Below are positions 49,225-61,640 of a stretch of 64,000 nucleotides of DNA, piece by piece. Under the pieces are notes generated by a model. That model did no database searches. It worked only from the letters and a program-made list of their open reading frames with translations, and was not told the origin of the DNA. The position numbers and the translations under genes were made by a program. The stretch comes from Hypanus sabinus (lineage: Eukaryota): NCBI RefSeq assembly GCF_030144855.1, contig NC_082730.1:14756001-14820000 (forward strand), read 5' to 3'. Position 1 is the first letter of the stretch. Each line of letters opens with the position of its first letter.

Positions 49225-50497
49225 AACACAAATGAACATTACCAATGGCCCATTGCACACTACATCTGCAGCATGCTGCCACACGCTCTGGCCCCCCTAC
49301 AATTTGCCTACCGACACAACCGATTGACAGGTGAAGCAATAGCCACAGCTCTACACACTGTCCTTACACATCTGGAGAAGAAGGATGCTTTTGGGAGAAT
49401 GCTGTTCTTGGTCTACAGCTCAGCATTCAACACCATAATTTCCTCCAGGCTAGACAAGAAGCTCAGAAGCCTTCTTGGCCTTCATCCCGCCTGGATCCTG
49501 GACTGCCTGTCAGATCACCGGCAGGTGGTAAGCATGGGCTCCCTCATCTCTGCCCCTCTGCCCCTCAACACAAGTGCCCCTCTGGGCTGTGTACTAAGCC
49601 CTCTCCTTCACTCTCTGTATACCCATAACTGTGTCACTACCCACAGCTCCAATCTGCTAATTAAATTTGCTGACGACACTACACTGATTGGCCTAATCTC
49701 AAACAATAATGAGGCAGCCTACAGAGAAGAAGTCATCACCCTGACCCAGTGGTGACAAGAAAACAACCTCTCCCTCAAAATCGCAAGAACAAAGGAGCTG
49801 GTTGTGGACTACAGGAGGAATGGAGACAGACTAACCCCTGTTGACATCAATGGATCTGGGGTTGAGAATGTGAACAGCTTTAAATTCTTCGGCATAAATA
49901 TCACCAAGGATCTCATGTAGTCTCTACATACCAGCTGTGTGGTGGAAAAAGCCCAACGCCTTTTTCACCTCAGATAGTTGAAGAAGTTTGGTGTGGGCCC
50001 TTAATCCCAAGAACATTCTGTAGGGGCACAAATGAGAGCATCCTGACTGGCTGCGTCACTGCCTGGTATGTACTTCCCTCAATCACAGGACTCTGCAGAG
50101 AGTGGTGAAGACAGCCCAGTGTATCCGCAGATGTGAACTTCCCACTATTCAGGACATTTACAAAGACAGGTGTGTATAAAGAGCCCGAAGGATCATTGGG
50201 TACCTAAGTCATATCAACCACAAACTGTTCCAGCTGACACCATCCAGGAAACAGTGTTGCAGCATAAAAGCCAGGACCAACAGGCTCTGAGACAGCTTCT
50301 TCCACTGGGCCATCAGACTGATTAATTTATGCTGATACATTTATATTTCTATGTTGTTTTGACTGTCCTTTTGTACATACTATTTATTATAAATTACGAT
50401 AAATTGCACATTGCACATTTAGACAGAGATGCAACTTAAAGACTTTTACTCCTCATGTATATGAAGGATTTAATTAATAAAGCCAATTCAATTCAAT
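49225..50497 (+). mobile_element. Rex1/Babar LINE 3' half with an (ATTCA)n tail
   Basis: ORF 49222-49755 with LDPLQFAY-like, SSAFNTII, GCVLSPLL, IKFADDTT motifs. Confidence 0.88.
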
Positions 50498-50638
50498 TCA
50501 CTTGGCACTTGGCACAAATAGCACATATAGTTACAAGTGCAGAAAAACATACTGTTACAAAGGGAAAAAAGGGGTTTGGTCCCTGAGTGGCATGACTGTA
50601 GATTGATAAATTGTCCTGGTCCAGCTTCTTCTTCCACA

Positions 50639-50854
50639 GAGCGAACACTGGAGAGCAGCATAGAGTGAACACTGGAGTGCAGAATAGAGCGAACACTGGA
50701 GAGCAGCATAGAGCGAACACTGGAGAGCAGAATAGAGCGAACACTGGAGAGCAGAATAGAGCGAACACTGGAGAGCAGAATAGAGTGAACACTGGAGAGC
50801 AGCATAGAGTGAACATTGGAGAGCAGCACAGAGCAAATACTAGAGAGCAGCACA
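50639..50854. repeat. Minisatellite, 9 x 24 bp (GAGCGAACACTGGAGAGCAGMATA)
   Basis: Nine contiguous units counted; the last two are degenerate. Confidence 0.95.
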
Positions 50855-52914
50855 AACCAGAGGGTATCAGATTTCAACCAGTACAGATTCCAATGCGCCA
50901 AAAGAGGTTTCTGCTCTCTCCCATATTGCCTCTGGTATCTCCTCCCTTGGGTGATTACAACAGGTGACCCCACTGTGCAGGCCTAGTCCTCACCACGAGC
51001 AGGGTCATGCAGCTCACCTGTCCTAAGTCTCAGCAGTGAACCAGACTTACACTATTCTACTTTACCAAAGTCCAATAGAGTCTTTCAATCACAGTATAAA
51101 GTCCAAGCCAATCACTCACACCATGGACTGCCTCAACACAACAACAGTACCTACAAGTCTCGGTGACAACACAATGATATGTAATAAGTTCAGCTCCATC
51201 GCTATCAAGCAACTCGCTGATGGGACAGTCTTGCAGTAATCAATGTTTTTAGTATCCAGCAGTGATCTGCATTTGTAAAAAGGACATAAAAAATGAACAA
51301 ATAGGTCTTTGACTGGAACCACAGCATCCAACTGCCCTGCCATCTACTGGAATATGTGTGGACCTGTATTTGTGGAAAATGTTGAAAACTACAATATAGC
51401 TGAGATGAGAATCATTTACCACAGAATGCCCAGTCTGTTACTTTTTCTTGCTGGCATAATGTGTATGTGTCAACTACTCTTTCTGATGCCTCACTGAAAC
51501 ACCTGAGGCTTTGATAAATTGCAAGTACCTCCACTCTCTCTCTTTAGATTCACTAACTAACACATTGATTAAAAATGGTCAAATCTCTATTATCTCAACA
51601 CTGGAATGAACATCCTGTAATTCCATGATTTTAGCATAGGTTCTGATTGACTGAGTCTTTTCAACCCGCATACCAACTCCTATTGAATAGAATTATGAGA
51701 TGTGTTCTCCACTCTGTGTGTCCCAGTTCAAGGATGGTCCAGAAAGAACTGAGATACCATGATACCTAGGGTGAGCATTTCTAGCAACAAAGGGAGAAAC
51801 ACAGTCACAAAGTCATAGAACACTACAGCCCTTCAGCCCATCTGTTGACCTGTTTTTCTTCAAAGACTCATTTAACTCCATCTGGACCATCTCCTTCCAG
51901 ACTTCACTTATTCAGGTAACTATTTAAGCTTCGCTGAAATGTCGCAATTGAATCCGCATCCATCACTTCTCCTATTAGTTCACTGTACACTTGCACCACA
52001 CACTGAATGAAGGTTTTTGCCCACAGGTTCCCCTTAAATATGTCACCTTTCATCATAAATCTATAACCTGTAGTCCTACTCTCACCCAGCCTCAGGGGAA
52101 AGATGCCTACATATATTTACATTGACTATAACCCTCATAAATGTGTATTATTCTCCTAGGAGAATATTTAATGGTTAATTAGCCTATTAGACTTTGTCAG
52201 CTGGCTCAGTGTGATTTCAGTACTAGACTTCCTCTGCCCTTCTTCCTCATTTACATTTCAGCATGCATTTCTAACTGCCCTATCAGCCAGGTGATAGATT
52301 AAATATGTTGGTCTGGACCCTGCCAATAAAAGTATATGGAGTCTGATTCTTCCCATGTTTTCTCTCCCTGAGTGACAGCCAGGGATGGACATCCTGCTAA
52401 TCAAAGTAAATTTATTACCTAAGTAAGTATATGTCAGGTGAGTGGTACAAGTGTGGAATAAAATCAGCAGTCATTGCCCATTTCTAATTGTCCTCAGAAG
52501 ATACTGGTGTGATACCTCTTCCATGTATTCCAGGAGACAGGGGATGTAATTTTCCAATCAATCTCAACAATTTTGTGATTTTGTTTTCCTTTTGTTTCCT
52601 GCTTTTCCTGCAATTCATCGTGATGTTTCAGTCATTGTCATTAATAACTCTGCTAATATTATAACTTGCTGGTTTTCACTATTTCCATCTGCCAATGTCA
52701 ATTAGTTCAGAATAATTTGTGAAAGAAGATTGAGAGGGTTTCAAATTTTAAACTTTCAGATTTCATTAAATAACTCATTGTGCTATCACATTTGGACTTC
52801 CTCCTCCTTCTTCCTCATTTTTCTAAATTTTCTTTCTACTAGGTAGATATTTAGCTTCAAAGGTTAAGAACTGGGTGACTGACAAGAGCTGGCTTAGTTT
52901 CTGTGAATAAAATA

Positions 52915-52942
52915 ATGTGGATTCTCATCTGCCTCCTGCCTG
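52915..52942 (+). CDS. Gene C signal-peptide exon (MWILICLLP)
   Basis: ATG..CCTG|gtgagt, 28 nt; ETS-like motifs at 52796-52816. Confidence 0.8.
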
Positions 52943-55900
52943 GTGAGTAACAGCTAGTCTCGGACATCAGTGCTTGGGTCTTGTGCAATGTCTCCACAAC
53001 AAAGATGTTTAACTATGTGTAGACTTGTAAAGATATAAAAATGTCACTCAATAGGTGTTGTCAAGTAATTTCTTGAATGTCTGCACTGGTGTACCACACA
53101 GATAGTACCGATACTAAGATTTTTAATATGAATTGTAAATGAAAAGAAAGGGCATTTAAGTTAAAAGTCTATACAAGTAACAAAATTGAAACATGTAGGT
53201 CATGATTCTCTTCTGTTATAAAGTTGCTGTTCCTTTCCACGCCTTGTGGTGCATCGGGTGGCGACCTTGCTGGTTATTTAGCATTTGTCCAGTTTTATGA
53301 GGCTGTGTTGCTAGACGTTCAACCCAGCACAGATGGAAAGTGTGCAAGGAGAACCCAGGTAATGCACACAAAATGCCAGAGGAACTCAGCATTTTGTGTT
53401 TATTACTTTGAATTCTAACTTCTGCAGATTTTCTCTTGCTTGTGAAGGAGAACGTGGGACCACACGCCATCATAGTCCAGTGCAGATGCCACTTTACCAC
53501 TGGCCAGTTACATGTTAGAAGGTAATATTTCTAATAATCTGAAGTTTTAATTGAGTACAACACTGGATATAATCGTCTCCTGTTCTCAATTGTTTTTGTT
53601 CATTAAAATCCAGTTTAATGATCCTTACATCAAGACCACACTCCTGAAGGTCTGTATTACTCTAGCAATGAGGAACCATTTTCTTCTTGCTCACTACTGC
53701 TAATCATGTAGATTTGTCAGCTTCACCAACAGCCTTTTCACTCTAATGACCAAATGTGAGTGTGTTGCCGATTCTTGGGTGCTATGGGCATCGCTGATTT
53801 CAAGATAGTAAATGACCAACATTCCGGAGCCACGGCAGAGAGGCAGTTAGTAATCAAGCACATTGGTGGTTCATGTCTGATAGGACTGTTAGATCTCCTT
53901 AACAAAGGACATTACCAAACCAGGTGTGCTTTGGTAAAACCAGGTAGTTTCTTCTTCACCCTCACTGTTACACAGTACAGTAACAAACTCCTTGGCCAAA
54001 CTCATCCATGGTGCCTTCATAATTTAATTCCACTTGCCTATGTCCCTTTAAACCTCTAATATGATCCAGAAGATTAAGGTGTTGGATTTTACAGTGAGTT
54101 AGTGGTTTGGATTCAGAATTGGCTTTTCGATTGAAGACAGAGGGTAGTACTGGGAAGTGTTATTCTGGCTAAAGGTCCATTACAAGTGGATGTTCCAAAG
54201 AGATTGGTGCTGGGGCTTCTGTGCTTTGTGATATATAAATACATACATGACTTGAATTAGTAAGTAGATGCCTGGCTTAGTAAGTTTGCAACTGACACAA
54301 AGACTGATGGAGCTTGGGACAGTGTACAAGATTATTACAATCCTTGGACCGTGTTGGTCTTTGAAGTAAAAGGAAACATTTCACAGTATGTTTCAATGAA
54401 TATGTGACAAAAATGTGTTCAGGAAAGTTTTCTAAATCAATATATAGATGTACCAACTACGAAGGATGCAACATTAGATCCCCTATTAGGAAATGAGTTA
54501 GGGCAGGTGACAGAAGTGTGTGTAGGGGCACACTTTGGTTCCAGTGATCATAATGTCATTAGTTTCAACTTGATCCTGGATGAAGATAGATCTGGTCCTC
54601 GGGTTGAAGTTCTAAACAGGAAAAAGGCCAAATTTGAAGAAATGAGAAAAGATCTAAAAAGCATAGATTGGGACAGTTTGTTCACTTGTAAGGATGTGAT
54701 TGGTAAGTTGGAGGCCTTCAAAAAAGAAATTTTGAGAGGGCAGAGTTTGTATGTTCTTGTCAGGGTTAAAGGCAAAATGAATAAGAATAAGGAACCTTGG
54801 TTCTCGAGGGATATTGGAACTCTGATAAAGAAGAAGAGAGGGATGTATAACATGTATAAGCAACAGGGAGGAAATAAGATGCTTGAGGAGTATAAAAAGA
54901 GTAAGAAAATACATAAGAAAGAAATCAGGAGGGCTAAAGGAAGACATGAGGTTGCTTTGGCAGTCAGGGTGAAGTATAATCCTAAGAACTTCTACAGGTA
55001 TGCTAAGAGCAAAAGGATAATAAGGGATAAAATTGGTGCTCTTGAAGATCAGAGTGGTTGGCTATGTATGGAACCAAAAGAAATGGGACAGATATTAAAT
55101 AGGTTGTTTGCATTTGTATTTACTAAGAAAACTGGAATGGAGTCTGTGGAAACAAGGCAAACAAGTAGGGAGTTCATGGAACTTATCCAGATTAAAGAGG
55201 AGGAGGTGCTTGCTGTCTTGAGGCAAATCAGAGTAGATAAATCCCCAGGACCTGATAGGGTATTCTCTTGGACCTTGATGGACTCTAGTGTTGAAATTGC
55301 AGGAGCCCTGGCAGAAATATTTAAAATGTTGATATCCACAGGTCAGGTGCCGGAGGACTGGAGGATAGCTCATGTAGTTCTGTTGTTTAAGAAAGGCTCA
55401 AAAATTAAGCTGGAAAATTATAGGCTGGTTAGTTTGACATCGGTTGTAGGTAAATTATTGGAAGGAATACTAAGAGATAGGATCTACAAGTATTTGGATA
55501 GACAGGGACTTATTAGAAAAAGTCAGCATGGCTTTATGCATGGTAGGTCATGTTTAACCAATCCAAAAGGATTGGTCCTGGGACTTCTGTGAGTAAAGCT
55601 GCATCTGTGGGTTGGGGGAGATGGGTGAAAAAGATATTGTCGATGTTTTGGCTTGATTCCCTATCTTAGGACTGAGGGTGGAGAGAAAAGATAGTCTGTA
55701 TCAAAAGGAGAGGGGGGGTGGTGAGACTGGGGCCAGTAGGTCACTAGTGGACTGAAGAGGGCTGTAGGATGACAGGCAGATGTTCCCCTTTTAGGGGAAG
55801 GGGAGCGGTGATGTTTGGAGATAGAGGTAGGTGGATGATGGCTGGAAGCAGCCAGAGGAAAACACAAGGCAGATGGATCTGTGTGGATGGCAGGGAGGGT

Positions 55901-58900
55901 GATGATTGAGACAAAGAAGAAGGTGAGGAGCAGGAACACAACCAGTGAGAGAAGCTAATGATTAATATCTGATGATTTTTTACTATCATCTCTTATCATA
56001 AATCTGACAGAATTCCTTTTAATCAGTGACTGGAGGGCAGTAATTATTCACAAAATGTACATTAGTATATGAAGCATTTCCTTTCTGGATATTCTTCTGT
56101 TCAATTTCAGATGCCTTGTTGGTTAAATTGATTTTACATCTTAATTTTCTGAAGTACTTTCCCCTCAGTTTCAGGTGCATTGTGGGCAGAGAAATATGTA
56201 AGAGGAGTTTTGGGAAGAGCGATCACAATCGATTGTCACTATGAAGCAAAATACTGTTCAGACACAAAGTATTGGTGCCATGGACTGATTCCACAATGTT
56301 CAGTTTTAGTGGAAACAAATAGGCGACATGGACGGAGTGGACGAGTGTCAATCACAGATAATCCACAACAGGGAATATTTACTGTTACTATGGAGGATCT
56401 TCACTCTGGAGATACAGGATGGTACAGCTGTGCAATTACAAAAATAGGTCACAATCTGTTATTTAATGTACATCTGCATGTAATTGAAGGTAAGTTTGTT
56501 AGTAATTGATGCTACGTCCCCACTAATAAATTTGATCCGTGAAGTTTAATCTGCCCAAATTGGACTTAAGTCCAGCCAAATGTGAGATGATCCACTTGAA
56601 CGATCAAATGTAAAGGGTGAGTACATAGCTAACGCATTAACGATACTGGTTGACAGAAGGATCTTGGTGTGCAAGTCCATACCTCCCTGAAAGTAGCTGC
56701 ACAGGTTGAGAGGGTGGTAAAGAAGGAGTGTGGAGTGCTTGCTGTTATTGATTGAGGCGCTGCGTTCAAGAGACAGGATGTTACGTTGCAGCTTTATAAA
56801 ACTAGACCATATCTGCAGTCTTGCATTAGTTTTGTTTACCCCATTATAGGAAGGATGTGGAAGCTTTGGAAAGAGATTTACCAAGTTGTTGCCTGGATCA
56901 GAGGGCATGGGCTATAAGCAGAGGCTGGACAAACTTGGGTTGTGTTCTTTGGAGTGGTGGAGGCTGAATGTACTCTGATAATAGATGTGACTTTGAACTT
57001 TGAACTTTATCAGTTAACAAGAGGCATAGACAGAGTAGATAGGCAGTATCGTTGTCTCAGGGTTAAATTGTAGGAGGCACGCTTTAAGGTGAGGTGTGTC
57101 AATATCAAAGGAGATGAATGAAACAAGCATTTTTACACCTAGAGTAATGCATGCCTGTGATGAACTGCCAGGGGTGACTGCTGTTATTGTTCCTTTCTGG
57201 GCCTTGTGGCACATTTGATGACTTTTTTTTTGTTTCCTTAGCCTTTGTCTGTTTTGTAGGAGGCCAAGTTGCTAATCTGACACTCAACCCAGCATGGAAA
57301 GAAAGCATGCAAAGAAAGCATGCAAAGAGTCAGCTGGATTTGAACCTGGGACCATTTGTCTTGAAGTCCAGTGCTGATGCCACTACACCACCGGTTGGCT
57401 GCTAGGGGTAATTTTGGAGGCAAATATGATAGAGGCAGAGAAGATGCTTTTAGACAGGCATTTAAGTGTTTAGAAAATTGAGAGATATGGACATTGTGTA
57501 TGTAGAATGGATTGGTTTAGTTAGGTGTTTAATTACAAGTTTAATTAATTCATCACAACATCATGGGCTGAAGGGCTGTGCTGCACTGTTCCAAGTTCTA
57601 AGCTTTCTCTGGGAACAGGTAGGGCAGTACCAGTATTCTGAGGCTCCACAACAGAGCAACACTCTATGGGGAGCTGGCAGGAGTTGGGAATCCACACTCA
57701 CCTAATGGGGAATGTGTCGTACTGACTGGGCACCGATTTCCACTGGGGGGCTCAGTACATTTTCCTGCCTCTGAACTGTATGTGATGTCACCCTGTCAAG
57801 AAGTTTACATTCAGACTAAAGCGAATAATCCAACAGTGACAGATCAGCAAGAAACAAAAGTATTGCTCATGGTCTCAAAAATCATTAGAAGGGAATCAGT
57901 CTCCAAAAGTCCTGCTGTTAAACTGGGTGACCTCAACCTTCCCAGGGGGTTTCTTAGCTTTCCATGCTGACATGATCTCTTGCTACCTCTGTGTAAGTGT
58001 CAACTGCAAGTCACTGAAACCAATCACAATTAAACTCTCTACCTCATTCATGAAGTGGATTGAATTTATAGAAGGGGTGACGAAGGGCAGAGTGGTGGAC
58101 ATGATCTTCATGAGCTTCAGCAAGGTAGGCTGATTTGGAAGGTGTGATCAACTGGAAATCAGGGTAAGCTGAAAAAAAAATTGTCTTGATGGAAGGTGTA
58201 TGACCATTGTGGTGTAAAGTTGCTTCCAGGTTGGAGTTCTGTGACCAGTGATATTTTAACGAGATTGATTTGGTTCCACTGTTGTGTGTTAACAGTGTTA
58301 TCGGTCTGGAGGATGACATTATCCGTATGGCTAATTAGTTTGCACAGGACAACAAAGTTGGTGGTATAGTGGGCAATGAAAAACACGTCTACTTTGCTAA
58401 GAAAATTAGATCAGCATATGAAGTGGGTTAGAAATAGAAAATTAAATTTAATATGAGTTGCTGCACTTAGGTAAGTTAACTGAAGAAGTACACGGTAGGG
58501 CCCTGGGAAGTGTTACATAACAGAAGGAAAGGTGGATACTTCCCTGAAAGGCGAGACACAATTTGACAGGTTGGTGAAGAATGCACTTGGCACACTTGCC
58601 TTTAATGGTCAGGGGACTGAGTTCAAGAGTTATAATGCCAAGTTACATCTGTAAAACATATTTGTGAAGCTGCATTTGGAATATTCTGTTCTGATAATCT
58701 TGGTAGAGGAGTGAAGTTATTAATTTGGAATGGGTGTTAAAGTAGTTTATCAGCCTGGAGGGCTTAAATTATGAGGAGAAATCGGATAAGCATGGACTTT
58801 TTCTTCTACAGTGTAGGAGGCCGAGTGTTGGCTTTGTAGAGATTTGTAAAGAAATACAGGAGGGGCATTGATAATGGCAAAAGTTCTATTCCTAGGGTAA

Positions 58901-59872
58901 TGCAATATAATAACAGAGGGCATGCATTTAAAGTGAGAGAGGGAAGATTTAGAAAGAATATCAGGATCAACTTTTTTCACCAAGTGGGTGATGGGTACAT
59001 TGATAAAGCCTCTTATGGACATGGGTTCAACACTTAAAATATATTGAAACAGGTACATGGATGAAATGTTGAGAGGAATATGTGACAATTGCAGGGAAAC
59101 AGGACTAGTTGACAAGTAGACAATTGGGTCATCTCAAATGAGATAGACTGAAGGACTTGTTTCCATGCCAACACCAACTTTATGACTCTGATACATATGT
59201 CACCAACTCCTCCATTAATGTTCTGCTTAGGTTTTCCAGGACACTTTCTGACTTATGCCCATCGAAGTGGCAAACCAGTAGAACATGCACATGTCACCAC
59301 TGGGAACTGGTTCCCTGCTGCTGAGAGAGATTGTAGCCCTGATTTTAACAGTCTCAGTGTCATCACTGATGTCCTGCAATGTTCAGGGATAATGGTAAAC
59401 GTGGCACCTGGGAGGATACAGAGACACAGAGAGGGAGCTGAGCTGCTGAGGTCCCAACCTGGTGGGTCTGGACTGAGATACAGAAGTGCAAAAAATTGGA
59501 GAGTGTTTTATTTTTAGATGGTCACTCAATATCTGAATCTTTGGTCCTTTTCCACAGAATGTGTGTCTGAACCTGTGCTTAGGTTTCTGCCATCAGCAAA
59601 TGCTTTAAATTTGCAGAACTCACTGTCAGTGTCCTGTGAGTCTGTTCAAGGATCGCTTCCCATTCAGTACGTGTGGTATGAAAAGACAGAATCTGAGGAT
59701 ACAATGATCTCAAACACTAGCACATTGGATCTACATTGTCAATCCTTCAAACACCAACAGTATTACTGCACTGTCTCGAATTATTGTGGACCAAAAGCCA
59801 GTGAGATACTGGATGTGACAGCCTCCAACGTTATAGAAAAATGTACAGGTACTTCAGATACCACCACCATTG
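52915..59872 (+). CDS. Gene C (3'-partial): leader-V-C2 receptor, head-to-head with gene B
   Basis: Three phase-1 exons join in frame; no stalk or TM exon recognised before base 64000. Confidence 0.8.
53216..53505 (-). mobile_element. tRNA-derived SINE; a second copy lies at about 57180-57405
   Basis: The two copies share 'ttgtggcacat/tgcatc..caacccagca..gaaag..agtccagtgc.gatgccact'. Confidence 0.55.
54060..55575 (+). mobile_element. CR1 LINE internal fragment (endonuclease-RT linker and RT N-terminus, 361-aa ORF)
   Basis: SDHNVISF..KSPGPD..PEDWRIAHV..NYRLVSLTSVVGKLLE..SQHGF. Confidence 0.92.
56169..56489 (+). CDS. Gene C V exon (V6)
   Basis: ctcag|tttcag|GT..GAAG|gtaagt; IDC..KYWCHGLIPQC..DTGWYSCA. 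Confidence 0.93.
56540..59150. mobile_element. Degenerate CR1 fragments filling the V6-C2d intron
   Basis: Recurrent RT and C-terminal motifs with stops and frameshifts. Confidence 0.65.
59558..59872 (+). CDS. Gene C C2 exon (C2d)
   Basis: ccttttccacag|AA..ATTG|gtaagc, 315 nt; SCESVQGSLPIQYVW..YYC. Confidence 0.9.
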
Positions 59873-61079
59873 GTAAGCTGCTTTTGTCCATGCACTTCAT
59901 ACTGATTATTTCACTGCATGCTATGTGGCTGTTGATTTTGCCTTGATGGTGATAGTTATGTGCTTCCCGCTGTTTTGTAGATGTCACACACTTGTGCCAG
60001 GGCGCTACTGGTGCATATGGGGTTTATTTATGACGTCTTTCATGATGTTTAATGTGCCTATTATGATAGCACTAACACTTGGAAATTTTGCAGAGTGGTT
60101 TGCATTATTTCAGGCAAATGGAAATCGTTCCAACATACTCCTAGATTAGTGCCCTGGAGGCTTTGAAGAGTGAGGTAGGTTATCCAGCTTCTGACCATCT
60201 GGAATTACCACTATGCTGTGTAAATGGACAAAATGAGTGCCAAATTCCTGATTTAGATCTCTCAGTCATTTTGAAAAAAAAACCCGTATCTCTCAATGTG
60301 GATACATTAGCACTTATATGACCTTAAGACATTGGAGCAGAATTGGGCCATTCAGCCCATTGAGTCTGTTCTGGGCTTTATCAAGAATCTGTCAACCTCC
60401 ACTTTAAATGCTTTGAATGGCCTGGCCTCCACAGCCACCTTTGGCAATGACTTCCACAGATTCACCACCCTGATGCAGGCCACCCTATTTTCCCGGCAGA
60501 ATTATTAAATCACAAAAGTAAATTTAAAAAAAGAAAAACTTCTTGCAGATGTTGAAAATTCAAAATAAAAGCATAACATGTTGGACATACTCAGCAGGTC
60601 AGGCAGCATCTGAGGAAAGAGAAGTCATTCTGGAACCCTTCTGTTTTGGGTTGGCTCTAGTTTGGGCAAAGGTTCTCTGACCTGAAAGTATCTCTCTTCC
60701 TTTTGCCTGACCTGCTGAATGTTGGTATCCATTTGTAATGAATCTCAAAACATGGATTAACCACATTTGGAGTACAGGACAAGAGTTCAGAACTATGGGA
60801 GAACAGAAATGTGATTAGTATAGAATCTGCTTAGCTCAGCATTTACATAGGATAATGTCATTTGGCTCTGAGAAATCTGGAACCCATCTGATGTAGATCA
60901 TGGAAATCAAGAAACTGCAAGTCTGAAAAGTGGAGAAGCTGGAAATTGCACTCGGCAGTTCAGGCTGCATTGGTGGAGAGGCATCAGAGCTAACATTTCA
61001 GTTTGAAGACTCTCCATAAGAAGTCAAGAAGGGTTAGCTTTCAGTTGCAGGGAAAGTGATGAATACAATGAAGCAACTG

Positions 61080-61640
61080 CACTTAGTGACCACTCAGACA
61101 CCTCCTGTACCTAATGAAGTGGCTACTCAGTGCATGTTCTGCTGCTGTAGCCAATTCACTTTAAGATTTGATGTGTTGTGCGTTCAGAGATACTCTTCCG
61201 CACACCACTCTCGTAATACATCAGCAGAGACAGGAAACACGTTGCCTTTCTGTCTGCTTGAACAAGTCTGACCATTCTCATATAAACTCTCATTAACAAA
61301 GTGCTTTCACCCATAGAACTGCTGCTCACTAAATGATTTTTTTATTTTTTTTGCACCGTCCTCTATAAACACTAGAGATTGTTGTATAGGAAAAGCCCAG
61401 GAGATCAGCAGATTCTGAGATACTCAAACCACCCCATCCAGCACCAACAATCATTCCACAGTCAAATTCACTTAGATCACATTTCTTCTTCATTCTGATG
61501 TTTGATCTGAACAACAACTGAACTGCTTGACCATGTCTGCATGCTTCTATGCATTAAATTGCTGCCATGTCATTGGGCTAATTAGATATTTGCATTAATG
61601 AGCAGGTGTAAAGGTGTACCTAATAAAGAGTCCACTGTGT
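61080..61640 (-). mobile_element. Non-autonomous Tc1-like element
   Basis: TIR 'gtacctaataaagagtccactgtgtgta'; internal sequence matches the other copies. Confidence 0.72.

Noticed and set aside
50639-50854. CRISPR array
   Set aside because: The units are contiguous with no unique spacers, and the context is a vertebrate genome.
52385-52428. Functional alternative leader (MDILLIKVNLLP, AA|gtaagt)
   Set aside because: The donor is phase 2, out of frame with V6, and the peptide is weakly hydrophobic; at most a decayed copy.
43943-55592. Long RT ORFs (43943-44674 and 54507-55592) as host genes or active elements
   Set aside because: Both are truncated CR1 fragments lacking a complete ORF2.
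4017-56489. Rearranging Ig/TCR V segments
   Set aside because: Every intact V exon includes its G strand and ends in a GT donor; I found no heptamer-nonamer signal after any of them.
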